64,000 nucleotides of DNA from Naegleria gruberi (lineage: Eukaryota), in NCBI GenBank assembly GCA_000004985.1, contig GG738847.1; one strand, written 5' to 3'. Positions 1-12,400 of the stretch are shown here, piece after piece (within the stretch, counting starts at the first letter, position 1; the number at the start of each line of letters is the position of its first letter). Both the position numbers and the translations under genes were made by a program. Under the pieces are notes generated by a model. It was not told where the DNA came from and did no database searches. It was given only the letters and a program-made list of their open reading frames with translations.

Positions 1-1
1 G

Positions 2-172
2 CCATACCTTTTAGGTGAAAAAACATTCACCAGATATGTATTTACTGTTCGTGTTACCACTGAAACAACAAAGGAACCTAAACTCAAATTCACTATTATC
101 AGAGTTACTCCAATTGACTATGCCAGAGAAGCTAAAAGCATTTTGAGCTTGATTAGAGATTACGATATTTAA
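2..172 (+). CDS. 3' end of an unidentified protein-coding gene (partial; last 56 codons, TAA stop at 170-172)
   Basis: The open frame runs in from the window edge (..PYLLGEKTFTRYVFTVRVTTETTKEPKLKFTIIRVTPIDYAREAKSILSLIRDYDI*). Its codon usage matches neighbouring genes. No family recognised. Confidence 0.35.
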   Translation, partial: PYLLGEKTFTRYVFTVRVTTETTKEPKLKFTIIRVTPIDYAREAKSILSLIRDYDI

Positions 173-258
173 ATTCTTGGTTTTGTTGGCTTGTACCCTT
201 CAATTCTACAAGAATTTTTTGTACATACACTTCTCTTTTCATTAATAAATTATTCACT

Positions 259-3200
259 TCATTTATTTGAGTTGCTTGGTTGGTCGGTTGTTGCCTGAGC
301 TGGTATGGTTACCAGGTTGGAAGGAGTTGCAACAACAAAACATTCATTAAAGCAACTATCCACTTCATTCATATCGAAATCGTCTGCAATAGCATCTGAC
401 CATTGTTGGAATTGTTTCGATACTGAAACAACATCTTCCTTTAGGTTTTTGATTGCCCTTCTGCTCAATCCTGTTCTCTGGAGTGATTGTACTCCTGTCT
501 TCATTCTACTTGAATACATGATAACAATTTTGGTAAAGAGAGACTTTAAATCGTTTGGATGTGTGCTAAGGTATGACTTTAGAACCTTGTACACTGACAA
601 TAATGCTTTAAGGATAGCTCCAAATGGAGAATCCTTTCTTTGTCCTCCATCCCAATCAAACTTTACAATTTCCTTAGCATGACCTTCTAAAACATCTTTC
701 ATAATATCAAACAGCTTTTGGAAAATTGATTTCTTGTGTTCTTTTAGATCAGTGAGTAGATTATCAAATTTTGATAATTTTCCTTTCAAATATGAATCTG
801 CATTTTCGATATAAATTTTAACTTGTGTTAGGAATGCAATTACTGCTCCCAATACTTCATATGTGAGAACTAAATGTTTGGCTGTAATAGTTTTCAAACC
901 AGATTTTGAGTTGATGGCTCCAGCTTTTAAAATCAAATTTTTTACATCAATATTAAAAGTCTTTGATTATGAATTAGAAAATTATAAGAAGAAAAATCAA
1001 CATACTCCATACAAGTTACATATTCTTGTGCTTAATTCTAAACTGTTAATAAACTTTTGATGTTCTGGTGATAATAGATCTAGGAAATTCTTTGTCATTC
1101 TTACCAAGTGTAAAAAACTGGAACAGATTGGAAATTTCTCGTTGACTATTACTATATATTTGCTCTCAGATGTAGATGATTGAGATTCATCATTGAGGAC
1201 GCTCGTTGTTATGCTATTTACAGTCTCTTGATGTTTTGGCTGAATATTTTCAACCCAAATCCAATTCTCCTTTTCCAAAACTGATTTTATAATATCCAAG
1301 TGTTGCTTATCGAACTCATCCAAAAATGTTTTACCAACTGCTTGAATAGTACTTTTCAAAAAATTAATCTTCTTTCCCATAATTTTTTCACTAGTTTCTA
1401 TAAAAGTGAAACAAATATCCATAAACGTGAGTAATTCTGTTTTTGTGCTATTTTTAACAAGTGTCACTTCTCCTCTCAAAGATACAATCAATGAAAGTCT
1501 ATTATGAATTATTTCTGTAATTGTTGAATTAATCTTCTCAAATTCTCGTAATACGTAGGATGCTTTTGATTTTTCCTTCTCATTAACATCCTCCAATAAG
1601 TGGAATAAAACTACCATAATATCAGCACTCTTTTGGAGAAGGGACAGCCCTACAAAGACTAGATCTCTAATCAGTGATATATACTGATCAGTGGTTATTG
1701 CTCCTAATTGTTGTGTATTTTTGGAACTCAAGTATTTTGAACCACTATTTTCTGTTGAAGAGCTGTTGGAGGTTTTTAAATTTGGTGCATTTCCACCAGC
1801 AGTGTTAGGTTTGGATTGGGAAAGTTTCTTATCAATTGTTGAAGCAAGCCTCTCGTTCAGGAATGCCAGTAATTTTTCTCTGTATTTGTGAATAACAAAC
1901 TGTGTGTCAGTAACAACAATGATTGGTTTTACAATGCTTTCAAACTCTGCTTGTAAATTTTCTCTCGATTGATTATTCTCGGTTAATGTCTTGATAAAAT
2001 CTTGCAAAGATTCATTGGGCTTCTTTGGATCTTCGAATAAGGATATGTATCCTTCTATTAATTTGGAAATAAATAAATTTTGTGCTTTGGATTGAATTTC
2101 TATTGTCTTTTCGTTTAGTTTCTCTGGTAAATTTCTGAAGCACTTCAAGCTAGCAAACTCTGTTTTGATGACCTCTCTTGTTTCATTGATGAGCTCCAAA
2201 GCAGAGAGGAAATCATTGCGTTCAATCAATTCATCAATTATTTCTTGACCTTGTTGAATGGCATAAATTACTTTGTACATTTCTAGAGTTTTTTTAAGAT
2301 TCTTCCTTCTCCTTACAAGGGAAGTGACCTCCAGTGGTGTTTTAGATGATATATTGTCGATATCTTTGATTTTTTGACGTAGCTCCTTCACTAGAGGAAT
2401 AGCTACTTGTAAGTCATCATCTAACTGATTATATTGGAAGAAGGCATCAAAAATCTTTGAGGAACGGAATGTTATGTGTTGAATTAGTAAAATTTCAGTC
2501 TTGTCGAGGTAATGTGAAATTTTTTCTTGAAAAAGTAATGATGTCGACATGGCTTCCTCAGAGAAAATTTCTTGAAAAGTTTTGACATTTCCCAAATCAA
2601 ATCCCTCTTCAAAATATATTGCAGGTATCATTTCTCTATTAATTGCAATATCCATAGCAAAGGTACTTTCTAACTCTGACTCGTAATAGTTTGATTGAAT
2701 ATTTGGTTTGATTTTACTCTTCTCGTAGTTAATGTACAATTCTTCGATTCTGTCCAAGTATGAACTAATGTCTTTATCGGTCAATTCAATATCTGGTAAT
2801 TTAGTTGGTTCTACATATTTTTCCTTGTCACCATATCTATAATAATCTCCAATAGAATCAATCCATGAATAATTTTCCTATTAATGTCAAATTAATTATT
2901 TCCTACTGAAAAATACATACGTCATATTGTTCATTGATTATAGATGAGAAATTCTGACAAAAATTCATCGATTGAATAAACCTCAGCTGTTCCAATTGTG
3001 CTTCCCTAGACAAATTTGGCATTGAATTTGTTTTTTTATGATCACTGTCATCAGAGGGCGTAGCACTCAATGAATATAGATTAGGTACACTCGGAGATCT
3101 AATCCTATCATCAGAAGGTGAAGAAAAGTAGTTATCAAAATTCGGTGATGCAATTTTATCGCATGCTTTGCTGTTTTTCATTTCAAGCTTTGTAGGTATG

Positions 3201-3382
3201 GAATTATCACCATAATCCGATAAAGAATCCTCTCCTTCACTAACAACTTCAATATCCTCATAAAGTGAATCCATTTGCATTTGTATTTCATTACGATCTT
3301 GTTCACTCACAAGTTTTTTCTTTATAATTCCACTTTCCACTTCCGAAAGATGTTGATGATGAGATCCATCATCGTTAGACAT
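259..3382 (-). CDS. Vps54-like GARP-complex subunit. Three exons: join(3382..2921, 2877..1006, 960..259), about 1011 aa.
   Basis: Three same-strand ORFs (2903-3382, 997-2784, 259-936) are linked by two short introns in compatible phases. Intron 1 is 2920..2878 (43 nt, donor GAC|GTATGT, acceptor TAG|GAA, phase 0). Intron 2 is 1005..961 (45 nt, donor GGA|GTATGT, acceptor AAAG|ACT, phase 0, internal CTAAT). The ATG is at 3382-3380 (MSNDDG..). The downstream ORFs lack an ATG; their M is a TTG artefact of the ORF track. The central region resembles the Vps54 N-terminal/helical domain and the C-terminal exon resembles the Vps54 C-terminal domain. The family assignment is from memory and not verified. 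Confidence 0.5.
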
Positions 3383-3417
3383 TTTTTTAAACTTGAAGAT
3401 TTTTCAATAAATATTTA

Positions 3418-6192
3418 TTACATCACACAACACTTCCATCGTTTCTTCTTCTTTTTCTTTGATTCTTCGTTTGGTGTATTGTTTGGAGTTGGTGTTGTTT
3501 CGATAAGATACTTGTTTCCTTTTCCATTGTTGGTTGTGTTTTGAGCAGAGACAAACAACTTGTCCTTTGGTTGCTCAATATAGTCAATATCTGTTTTTGG
3601 TTCTCTGCCGGAAGTATTCTCTTCTATTGATTCTGTGTGAGAATTGAGATCCTTAGTGTTGCTGGTTTTCACAGGGTCACTTGACAGAGTGTCAACTAGT
3701 TGAGTATTTGAATTGTTTCTGATTGGGAGTGCTATTTTTTTAGAACTGCTGTACACAACTTTTGGAGTTCTATCAGAGAGTTGAGGTTCGTCTTTAGTTT
3801 CCTCATTTTGATCTACTTGCTCGTGTGTCTGTGACTTGGTTTCAACTACAATAGAGGTGTAAGTCAGAGTTGATCCACTGTTAGGTGTTTCATGGTATCT
3901 AGATGAAATGTTTCCAAAGGTTCTTGCTGATATTGGAGCTTTGTGCTTGTCCTCTATTGGAGTCACCATTGGTGGGACAAAGTAACCCTTCTCGGATAAA
4001 GACCCCTTATCGTATCTAGAGAAAATTAAAGAGTAAATTTTAAATACTTCCTCTTTCTTCAAAGTTTCACAGTTTGCCAAACCTAATTTGCAAATTGACT
4101 TGGTAAATTGAACATCGTCAATGTTACAAATGAAGGCCAATTTTCTTGTCATGTGAATGTTAACTGTTTTGGATACTGAAGATTTGCTCGAGACAGGCCT
4201 ACAAAATTCAAAAAGGGTGTCTCCAAAGGTGTCAAGAAAGGCAGCAAGTTTTCTGCATATTTGAGATGATATCAAACATAGAATCATAAACACAGATTCT
4301 TTAGAAACAGCTCCACAACTCTTTACATCCAAGAAATCAAAAAAGTCCAAACAATTAAACTCACACCAGTGATCCAAGAGGTCGTCTGAATATTTACAAG
4401 CAAGTTGTAGAAAGTATTGAACTATTTCGCAAAAAGCTTCTTCATATATAACACAAGAGTTTGTTTTCAGCTTGGCCAATTCATCTCGTCTTGATTTTTC
4501 ATCAACACTTGAATAAATATCTTCAATTTCCTGTTCTTGTTGTTCACTAATCCACAGACAAAATAATTTGTATAGCTTCTCGCTCTCATACAGAATGCAC
4601 GTATGACTTCTGTCTACCATATTCCAAAATTCTTCTTTGTTTTCTGTTTGTAAAGTGCTTCTTGAAGACTTGGAGAAGCTCTGCTGGAGTGTGGCTATTT
4701 CCTTATCTTCAAAGTTTTTATATTCTTCTATCTCATCATAAATACTGCTTTGTTTCGACCTAGAGGTGGAGAGTGAAGATTCTTCGCTGTGATTTGGTGA
4801 GGTAATTAAGGATGGTTTTGGACTAGTCGATGCTTGTGAGGGAGACCTATTGAAAATAACATCCTCCACTACAGGTCTTGCACTAAGAATTTCTACAGAA
4901 TCAGTAACACTAGGTTTTGTTGGAGTACTGTCTTCGTGATGTTGCTCCAACACAATGTTTGAAGTCCTTGGAGTGGCCTTCTTGGAAGGCCTTGGAAGAG
5001 TTGTTGAGCTTGTTATTCCTCCATGGAGAATATTCGATTTTTTGGTTGATTTTGGGCTGGTGGATGCTGTAGGTCCAGTGATGTTTGTTTTTACAGGTGT
5101 CACAGTCACAATATTTTTCTTAGTAGTGACAACGGGCTCAGATGTGACAGTTCTTACTGGTGGTTTTTTAGGGACATTAAGTGGCACAGTACTTGGAAGC
5201 ATGGGAGGAGTATTATTCGTTATACTACTCAGATTGAGGGTAAGGTTAAACTTTTTGGCAATACTAGAAGATGATGAAGGTGTTGTCGGTTTAGTTTCAG
5301 GAACAATAAAGTCCTCATCGTCATCGTCATCGTAAGTATTGGAGATAAGCAGAGAATTGAATTGAGATGATGTAGAAGAGGTTGAACTCGTACTTCTTGA
5401 CGAAGAGGGTTGTGATGAGCTAAGAGGAACACTACCTATCAGTAAACTATTGGCTGGAGATGGAACAATGTCTTTCACCTTTGTTGATTGAGGCCTAGAA
5501 GAAATTTGTCTGGTTGGAGTGATCGGTGAATGAACTGATACATTACTTCTTGCTGAAAGAGTATTAGAATTTCTGGCACTGTTAAGCAATCCTCTGGCAG
5601 AGGGTGTATTTGTAACAACCTTAGCAGTGGCTTTGCTTGGTGTATAAACTGGGAGACTTTGTTGAGAAGAACTTCTCAGGTTTGGAACTGGTGGTTTTCT
5701 GAAGGATGATTTTGTTGTAGTAGAGGTTGTTGTTGAGGTTTTAGACGATTCTAATTGAGCTGATTTCCTTTGTGATGTCCCTATCGTTGTTCTTGCTGAA
5801 TGAAGGGATGTTGTAGATGTAGTGGAAGCTATTGATGAGGATGAGCCCGAACTTAAAAGAGGTCTACTAATGACTCCATTTTGACTATTGGATGACTTGT
5901 TATTTGAGGTTGTTTTTGTTGTAGTGGAGGAGGTAGTAAGAGTAGATTTTGGAGTTGTTGCTGAATGAGCTGATGAGGTGGATTTTACAAGGGATTTTGG
6001 GGTTACGGATTTCATGGGTGAAGGTTTAATAGATTTTGATTCCATCATTGAAGTATTGGAGAGTAAAACTGATGAAGAGGAAGATTGTTTTGAAATGTTA
6101 TTGCTGTTGTGTACTGGTGTATGATGATGACCAAAAAGCACTTGATAGGGAGGTGGTATACTTGATTGGATTGTTGCAGTCTCCGCCATCAT
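3418..6192 (-). CDS. Ser/Thr-rich low-complexity protein (924 aa). It has a structured Cys-containing C-terminal region and a polybasic CaaX tail (..KKKKKKRWKCCVM*).
   Basis: Intronless ORF with ATG at 6192-6190 and TAA at 3420-3418. The N-terminal ~450 aa are S/T/P/N-rich (mucin-like or disordered). The C-terminal ~250 aa are Cys/Leu-rich. The last residues, KKKKKKRWK-CCVM, form a classical polybasic region followed by a CaaX prenylation box. Confidence 0.6.
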   Translation of the reverse strand: MMAETATIQSSIPPPYQVLFGHHHTPVHNSNNISKQSSSSSVLLSNTSMMESKSIKPSPMKSVTPKSLVKSTSSAHSATTPKSTLTTSSTTTKTTSNNKSSNSQNGVISRPLLSSGSSSSIASTTSTTSLHSARTTIGTSQRKSAQLESSKTSTTTSTTTKSSFRKPPVPNLRSSSQQSLPVYTPSKATAKVVTNTPSARGLLNSARNSNTLSARSNVSVHSPITPTRQISSRPQSTKVKDIVPSPANSLLIGSVPLSSSQPSSSRSTSSTSSTSSQFNSLLISNTYDDDDDEDFIVPETKPTTPSSSSSIAKKFNLTLNLSSITNNTPPMLPSTVPLNVPKKPPVRTVTSEPVVTTKKNIVTVTPVKTNITGPTASTSPKSTKKSNILHGGITSSTTLPRPSKKATPRTSNIVLEQHHEDSTPTKPSVTDSVEILSARPVVEDVIFNRSPSQASTSPKPSLITSPNHSEESSLSTSRSKQSSIYDEIEEYKNFEDKEIATLQQSFSKSSRSTLQTENKEEFWNMVDRSHTCILYESEKLYKLFCLWISEQQEQEIEDIYSSVDEKSRRDELAKLKTNSCVIYEEAFCEIVQYFLQLACKYSDDLLDHWCEFNCLDFFDFLDVKSCGAVSKESVFMILCLISSQICRKLAAFLDTFGDTLFEFCRPVSSKSSVSKTVNIHMTRKLAFICNIDDVQFTKSICKLGLANCETLKKEEVFKIYSLIFSRYDKGSLSEKGYFVPPMVTPIEDKHKAPISARTFGNISSRYHETPNSGSTLTYTSIVVETKSQTHEQVDQNEETKDEPQLSDRTPKVVYSSSKKIALPIRNNSNTQLVDTLSSDPVKTSNTKDLNSHTESIEENTSGREPKTDIDYIEQPKDKLFVSAQNTTNNGKGNKYLIETTPTPNNTPNEESKKKKKKRWKCCVM

Positions 6193-6268
6193 GCCATTTT
6201 TTGAAAGTGCCTAACGTCCCCCAACAACTCAGTTATAATTATTATTTGTAGAGAGAAAATAATCGTAA

Positions 6269-6281
6269 TGGCGCCAAAAAA
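6269..6281. promoter_or_regulatory. E2F-type motif TGGCGCCAAAAAA about 80 bp upstream of the ATG of the CaaX-tailed gene (6192)
   Basis: GGCGCCAAAA. Its reverse complement TTTTGGCGCC matches TTTSSCGC. Confidence 0.3.
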
Positions 6282-6435
6282 CAATTCTGAACACTAGGGT
6301 GAGCTAATAAGGTTTTGGTACTTTCGTGTTGCTCTCTGCGCTATCTCTCTAGATATAAGAGTTGAGGGTAGTCTTTTTACGAGACGCACTTGAGGTAACG
6401 ATTATGAGACGTAATTTACTAAATTAATGCAATAT

Positions 6436-9400
6436 TTATTCAAAAAGGTTGTCCACATCTGCCTCTTCATGATTCTCTTCCTCAGTGCTACTACTGGCTA
6501 GAACTGTTGGCTTAGATGGTTCCAATGCTGTTTGAGAGGAAGCATCTTCCATCATACTGAAATTCAAAAAGTGATGAGGACGATGGACTTCATGATAAAA
6601 TTCCTTAGGAACTCCAAGAGTTACGCCATATTCCATATTTTCAGTATGACCATAGCCCATAAAGAAGTAATTCCAAGAACCTTCGTCAGGAACCATAAAG
6701 AATCCCATATAAGATTCTGACAAAATAATTTGGACTCCCTCATAGAAAGCAGCATGATTGAATCCTTGTGGTTCATCACTGAAAATATCCTTATTCTTTC
6801 TACCCCAGTCAAAACCTTCTGGTGTTAACTTGTGTGCAGTAAGATTGCATGAACCAGGAGTAATTTGACAGGTAATAGTAATGGTCTTTTCACCATCCCA
6901 AGATTTGTGTTGGTTCATAACTTTGGAGTGGAATGTGACATCTTGAGGGGTGAGTCTGGTATGACTTGCAGAAGCAGGTTGAGTGTGAATCCAACCAAGT
7001 GGTTCCAATCCTGACAAAATGTCATGTTCTGGTAATTGTTTTGGAACAGCTACAGTCTTATGTGATCCTAATTGAGGAACCAAAACGATACAGTGGATTT
7101 CTTTAACCTTAGGATTGTCTTCAGGAGATTTACCATAACAATAACCCATTACTTGAGTTCTCAAATCTGAAATAGAAATAAACTTCTTCAAAATATTCAT
7201 TGGAAGTACAAAGTCATAGGCGCTCTCAGCAATATCTTCTTGTTCAATGAAAATACGTTTTGTTCTGATTTGAAGATTAGGAGCAGCAATAGCTCTCATT
7301 CTCCAATCGGTCTTACTACTGAATGTTTCTTGTTCGTATGGTGTATTGGTAACAGTAATAATCTCTTCACCATATTGGTTAATCTTTTTGGTTGTGATTG
7401 TGGTGAGTTGGGTGGCTTCTTTTGCCTCTTTCTCAATTTCAGCAATTTGTTGTTGTTGAACTGATGGTGGTGCAATATCCATACCAAGAATAATATCACG
7501 AACTTCTGATTGAGTCAATGATGTAACCTTGACATTGTTTCGTTTACCATAATTTGACAAGATTAAATCTTTCAGAGCAACTTCAACTTTCACCCAAGTT
7601 TGATCGTCCAAAGTTGGCCAAACATGGTGAGGTTGTGTGATGGTTGTCTTGCTTGGTCTTAAAATCATCTTTGTCTTATCAGGGTTAACATCAAAGGCAC
7701 GTAAGGTCAAGATCAATCTGAGGAAGGCTGTGTATGAGTTAATTGATTCACGCCAATCATCATAAATATTGAATACCAACATTTTTGGCTCAGTTGCCTT
7801 CATTACCAAGTCATTGAATTTGTCAATCTTGAGAATTGATTGGAATGGTAATTTCAATTCACTTCCCTTGATAACAATATTAGGGAAGTCCAACAAGTGA
7901 ACTTCTAATGGATCAAGCAAACCCTTTCTAGTAACAATAATTTGTTTTGGTTGTTCTTCAACTGGAAGTGATCTAATCAAACTTGTAACTTCTTCAGCAG
8001 TCTTCCATTTGGCCAATTGGCCTTTACGCTTTTGGCCAGCCCATACACTTGTGTGAATAATCTTCAAATACAATTGACCAGTCTTTGGATTGAAAATATA
8101 AATAGCACCATTTACAGGTTTTGAAGTAGAGTTACCTTCACTAGTTTGGTGAATAACTACACGATAAACATCTGAGTCATCAACAAACCAAATGGTTTGA
8201 TTACTAAACAATTCACCATAGTTTTGACTGTTCAAATATGGTTCAGTTGGTTCAGAAGAGTACAATTGCAAACCCTTTCTGATACGTTCTCTGAGGACAT
8301 AAAGAGCAGGATTGGCTTTCATAATTTTAGCCATAGCCTTACGAATGAGAGGCTTGGATCCGTGGAACCAACATCCATAAGCTGACATGTAGTTATAAGC
8401 TAAATCAATACCGATCAAGACACCAGTTGGAGATGGATAGAATGAAAGATTATCATTAGAATATTCCAAGAACTTGGATCTAGAATATCTTTCAATATCA
8501 TGAGAATCAAAATCACCCCATCTCAATTGAACGTCAATCCAATACTTATTAGAACTAGAGTCATAGGTATCGTTTGGATCTGTCAATAGAGAAGGTTTAG
8601 TAATTTGCCACTTGTATGCAGCAAACAATAAAACATCTGCACAAGAAGAGTTCATCTTGTAAGACTTTCTAGGATGGATTGTTTCCTTTTGTACTGTTTG
8701 AATTTGAAGAGTATCAACTTGTTGATCGAATACTTGACAAAGATCCCAAACTACACTTTCATGGATCTTTTGCCACAAGTGAGCTCTGAAGATTTGAATC
8801 AATGAAATCTTGAGGGTTGGAATCTTACCATGCATGAAAATACCTGTCAAATCCAATTGAACTTGGAAACCAACATAGACATTGGCACGGTTAATAGTTG
8901 GAGACCACCACAAGGTAAATCTTCTGTTTGGAATTTGGTTCAAACCTGAACGCTGAGCATTTGTAAGCTTTTTAAACTTCATACTTTCTTCAAACCCACT
9001 TGCACGTTCCCAGAAAAGACCTTCCCAAGTAACAAAGTAAGTACCCTTGAACAAACTGTGTTCCAAAATACATTCTACACCACCAAGGGCTTGAATCATG
9101 TCAGTTCTATAGTTATTCAATGACCAAAGTTTACCATCATGTCTAGTTTGAGTCCACCAGAAAGGATTTTGTTTAAGTACTTGATAAGCCTTGAATTCAT
9201 TTCTGACTCTCCAGCCCTTATCATAGGCGAGAATGTGTCTGTCCTTTTGGAAAAGTGTATTAATTCTAGGAATACCTCTATCCCAAGAATCTTCCAAGTC
9301 TTCAAGTCCTAACTTTCTATTCTTTTCAAGAGCTTCTCTTCTCTTGGCTGCATATTCTGCCCAAACACGTTGAGAGTCAACAAATTCTGATTGCCAAGGT

Positions 9401-12400
9401 TGGAGATATCTATAAAGATTAGGAATGAGTTGACCTTCATCATGACTCATACCAGAACGGAAGTGAGTTATACCTGTATCAGTTTGCTTGGAATATTTGA
9501 GATCAGATTGTGGAATGAGTACGTGACCCATAGAAAGCATACCTAAACCACCCAATTCTTTTGGAGTATAGAATACAACAGGAGGGAATCTGGTAGGCAT
9601 CTTTGAGTTGAGGCCAATCTTGATTCTTGTTTGAATCTTATTTTCACATTTTACGAGAAGGTCAAGCATTTCTTGTGTATTAACAACAGCTTCACGGAAA
9701 TAAGTCATCAATCCAATAACAGCTGTGTTCCACTTGTTAACAATCTTGGTAAAGGTTGTAGAACCAGAAGCCATAAGAATCATTCTAATACGATTTTCAA
9801 ACTTTCTCATAGATTGTTCACTAACCTTCAGGTAGGCTTGGGCTGTTCTTTCCTTTGTGATTTCATTTCTCAAATCCCAAACACCATCCTTTGAGGTAAC
9901 AAATTGTTGAGAAGGAGCACGAATCTTTGGTAATACTCTAATTTCAAATCCAGACATACTGAATAACAAGTTAGGATTATCCTTACTGTAGACAGAGACA
10001 AATGAATCTTGCCATTTCAAAGTAGTGAGAGATTTTGGCAATCTATTAGTAATTTCCCAGAAAACAGCTCTTCCAAGGTTAACATCGTGTTTCATAAGTC
10101 TCATACGACCATCCCTTGGCCAACATTTCTTATTGTTGTATCCAACAATATTTTCATTGTTTGGATCAGGATGTTCAGTGAGGTATTTTTGAATAAGTTC
10201 ACGAGCCTCTTCATGAGTAAATTTGAAAAGTATATGGAACTCATCGATATATCTCGAGTATAATCTTATTGGATTGTTTGATTCTGTTTGTAAGTCCTTG
10301 TATGTAAGGAAAATATTTGGTTCTCTTGCAGGACCAGCTATTTCACTTGCTCTATCCAATCCAAGCATTAAAATATCCAAAATGAGACAATAGTATTGAG
10401 AAATAAAAGATGAAAATTGAAGACCTCTGATCAAACCATACATGTTCACGTGACTCATATCTTTGAATGTTAGAGTAACGTTGTTCTTGGCACACATATA
10501 ATCAGCAATATTACTGTCAACCACAAGTCTCAATAAACGGTTCAATAGAATTGGATCTATCTTTTCCCAAAGTTTATCAAACTTGGCTTGCATCATTACA
10601 ACACATTCACCATTTGAAGTTTCCCAAACATCTGACAGATTGTTAATAGCTTGGCACCACTTGTAAATAAGAAGTGGAGGTGGTTCAGAGTCGGATGGTT
10701 TAATCCAGTTAGGGAATAATCCTCTCTTGTCAGCTTCATACCACAAATATTGATCCAAGTAAGCATCGGTAATCTTTTCCATTGGTTCAACATCATAGAC
10801 AGGAATGAGATGGCTGTACAAATCCATATACTCGATAGACACTTCTTTGAAAGTTCTTTGTAAGAGTAAATGCTTCTTGATTCTAGTCAAGGCCTCATGT
10901 GGATTGTTATAAGCTTGTTCAATTAGACCAAGTTCTTCACGTTGTGAGTGGTTCAATCTACTCTTTACACTGTAAGCTTCTTTCAATCTTTCCAAAGCTA
11001 GAATAAGTAATTTGGTATCGTGCTTGTACGAAAGAGGAGGGAAAGGAATTGGTGCAAACTTTCTGCTTTCCAACCAGTGAACTGTGGCTGTATAGATAGC
11101 AACAGCTTCTTCTGAAGTAACATATGGACCATCTTTCATATAGTTATGTTGTCTCTCTTGTTCATCCTTCAGGTAGAGACGAGTGAGTCTTCCAAGATTC
11201 TTCTTACTGACAGTCTTATCAACAGTTACACCACGTTTAATACGTTCTCTATTATAGTGGGCAACATTGGTCCACCAGTCAGCCTTGGACTTTACATATC
11301 TCAATATCATATTTTCAATTGGAGAAGGAAGACCTGGAACTTTCCAAGGAATATTGGCCTTCCAACAACGCCAAGCTTCACTCAAGTGTTGCAAGACAAC
11401 TCTAGCCTTATTTTCTCTAATACCTTCAGGCATCATATCAAGAATATCATGCAAAACAGCTGCTCTTAACTCAAGATCAAAGTGAGATTCAACACGTTGT
11501 TTTGTGACAGATTTGGCTGTACCCTTATTTTGTCTTCCTTCAAATTGTTTGGCAAGCAAATTACCTAACCATCTTTCAAGAAGTGGTACAATACCACGCA
11601 AGAAGAATAACCAAACCCTCCAAGCAGGAGCCCAGAAACCACATCCAGGACCCTTATCAACTCCACCAGAATTAAATCTATAATAAATTAAGTGTTTCAA
11701 ATCTTTACACATTCTGATTTGTCTCATAAGTCTGTACTTGTAACGATACATGCCTGTAAGTTGGCCTACATGAGTGAAAATGTAATGCAAACCATCAGCA
11801 AGTTGGTATGCTTCAACATTACCCATTCTATATTGTACATGTGAGTCAACAACAAGTTTTGTCAATCTTAAAATTTCACGACAAAGGTGGAAAGCATTAC
11901 CGAATCTAGATTTTTTACGTTCCTTAGTTGTAAGTGTCTTGATTGGTTTCAAGTTAAAGTTATAATCCAAGTGCAAATAATTTAAATTTTTTCTGTGAAT
12001 TAATAAATTGAGCATATTGAAACCTTGTCTACAAACTTGTAAACCAGCTTCAACCCAATCAATCTTAGTAGTTTTGAAAAATTTGGTATTTTTGAGGGAT
12101 TTAAAGAGATTTCTCTTTGTTTGAGCCTTAGAAGGTTGATGATGTAATTCGTTCAATATGTAACATTTGAGAAGTTTTTGATAACTGACTCTAACCTTGA
12201 CAGGATGTTCAGGATTAGCATGTTCACGATACCATGATTTTACGAGAGGAATATCTTGTGCTCTTTTCATCTTTCCTGAACGATGACAGAATGGACTTGG
12301 AGCCCAATACAAATCAATACCTTGTTGAGTATACGGAGTCCAAAGTGGTTCTTCATCTAAAAGAGGAGAAACATCATCTGGAAGTACAAATACATCTCCA

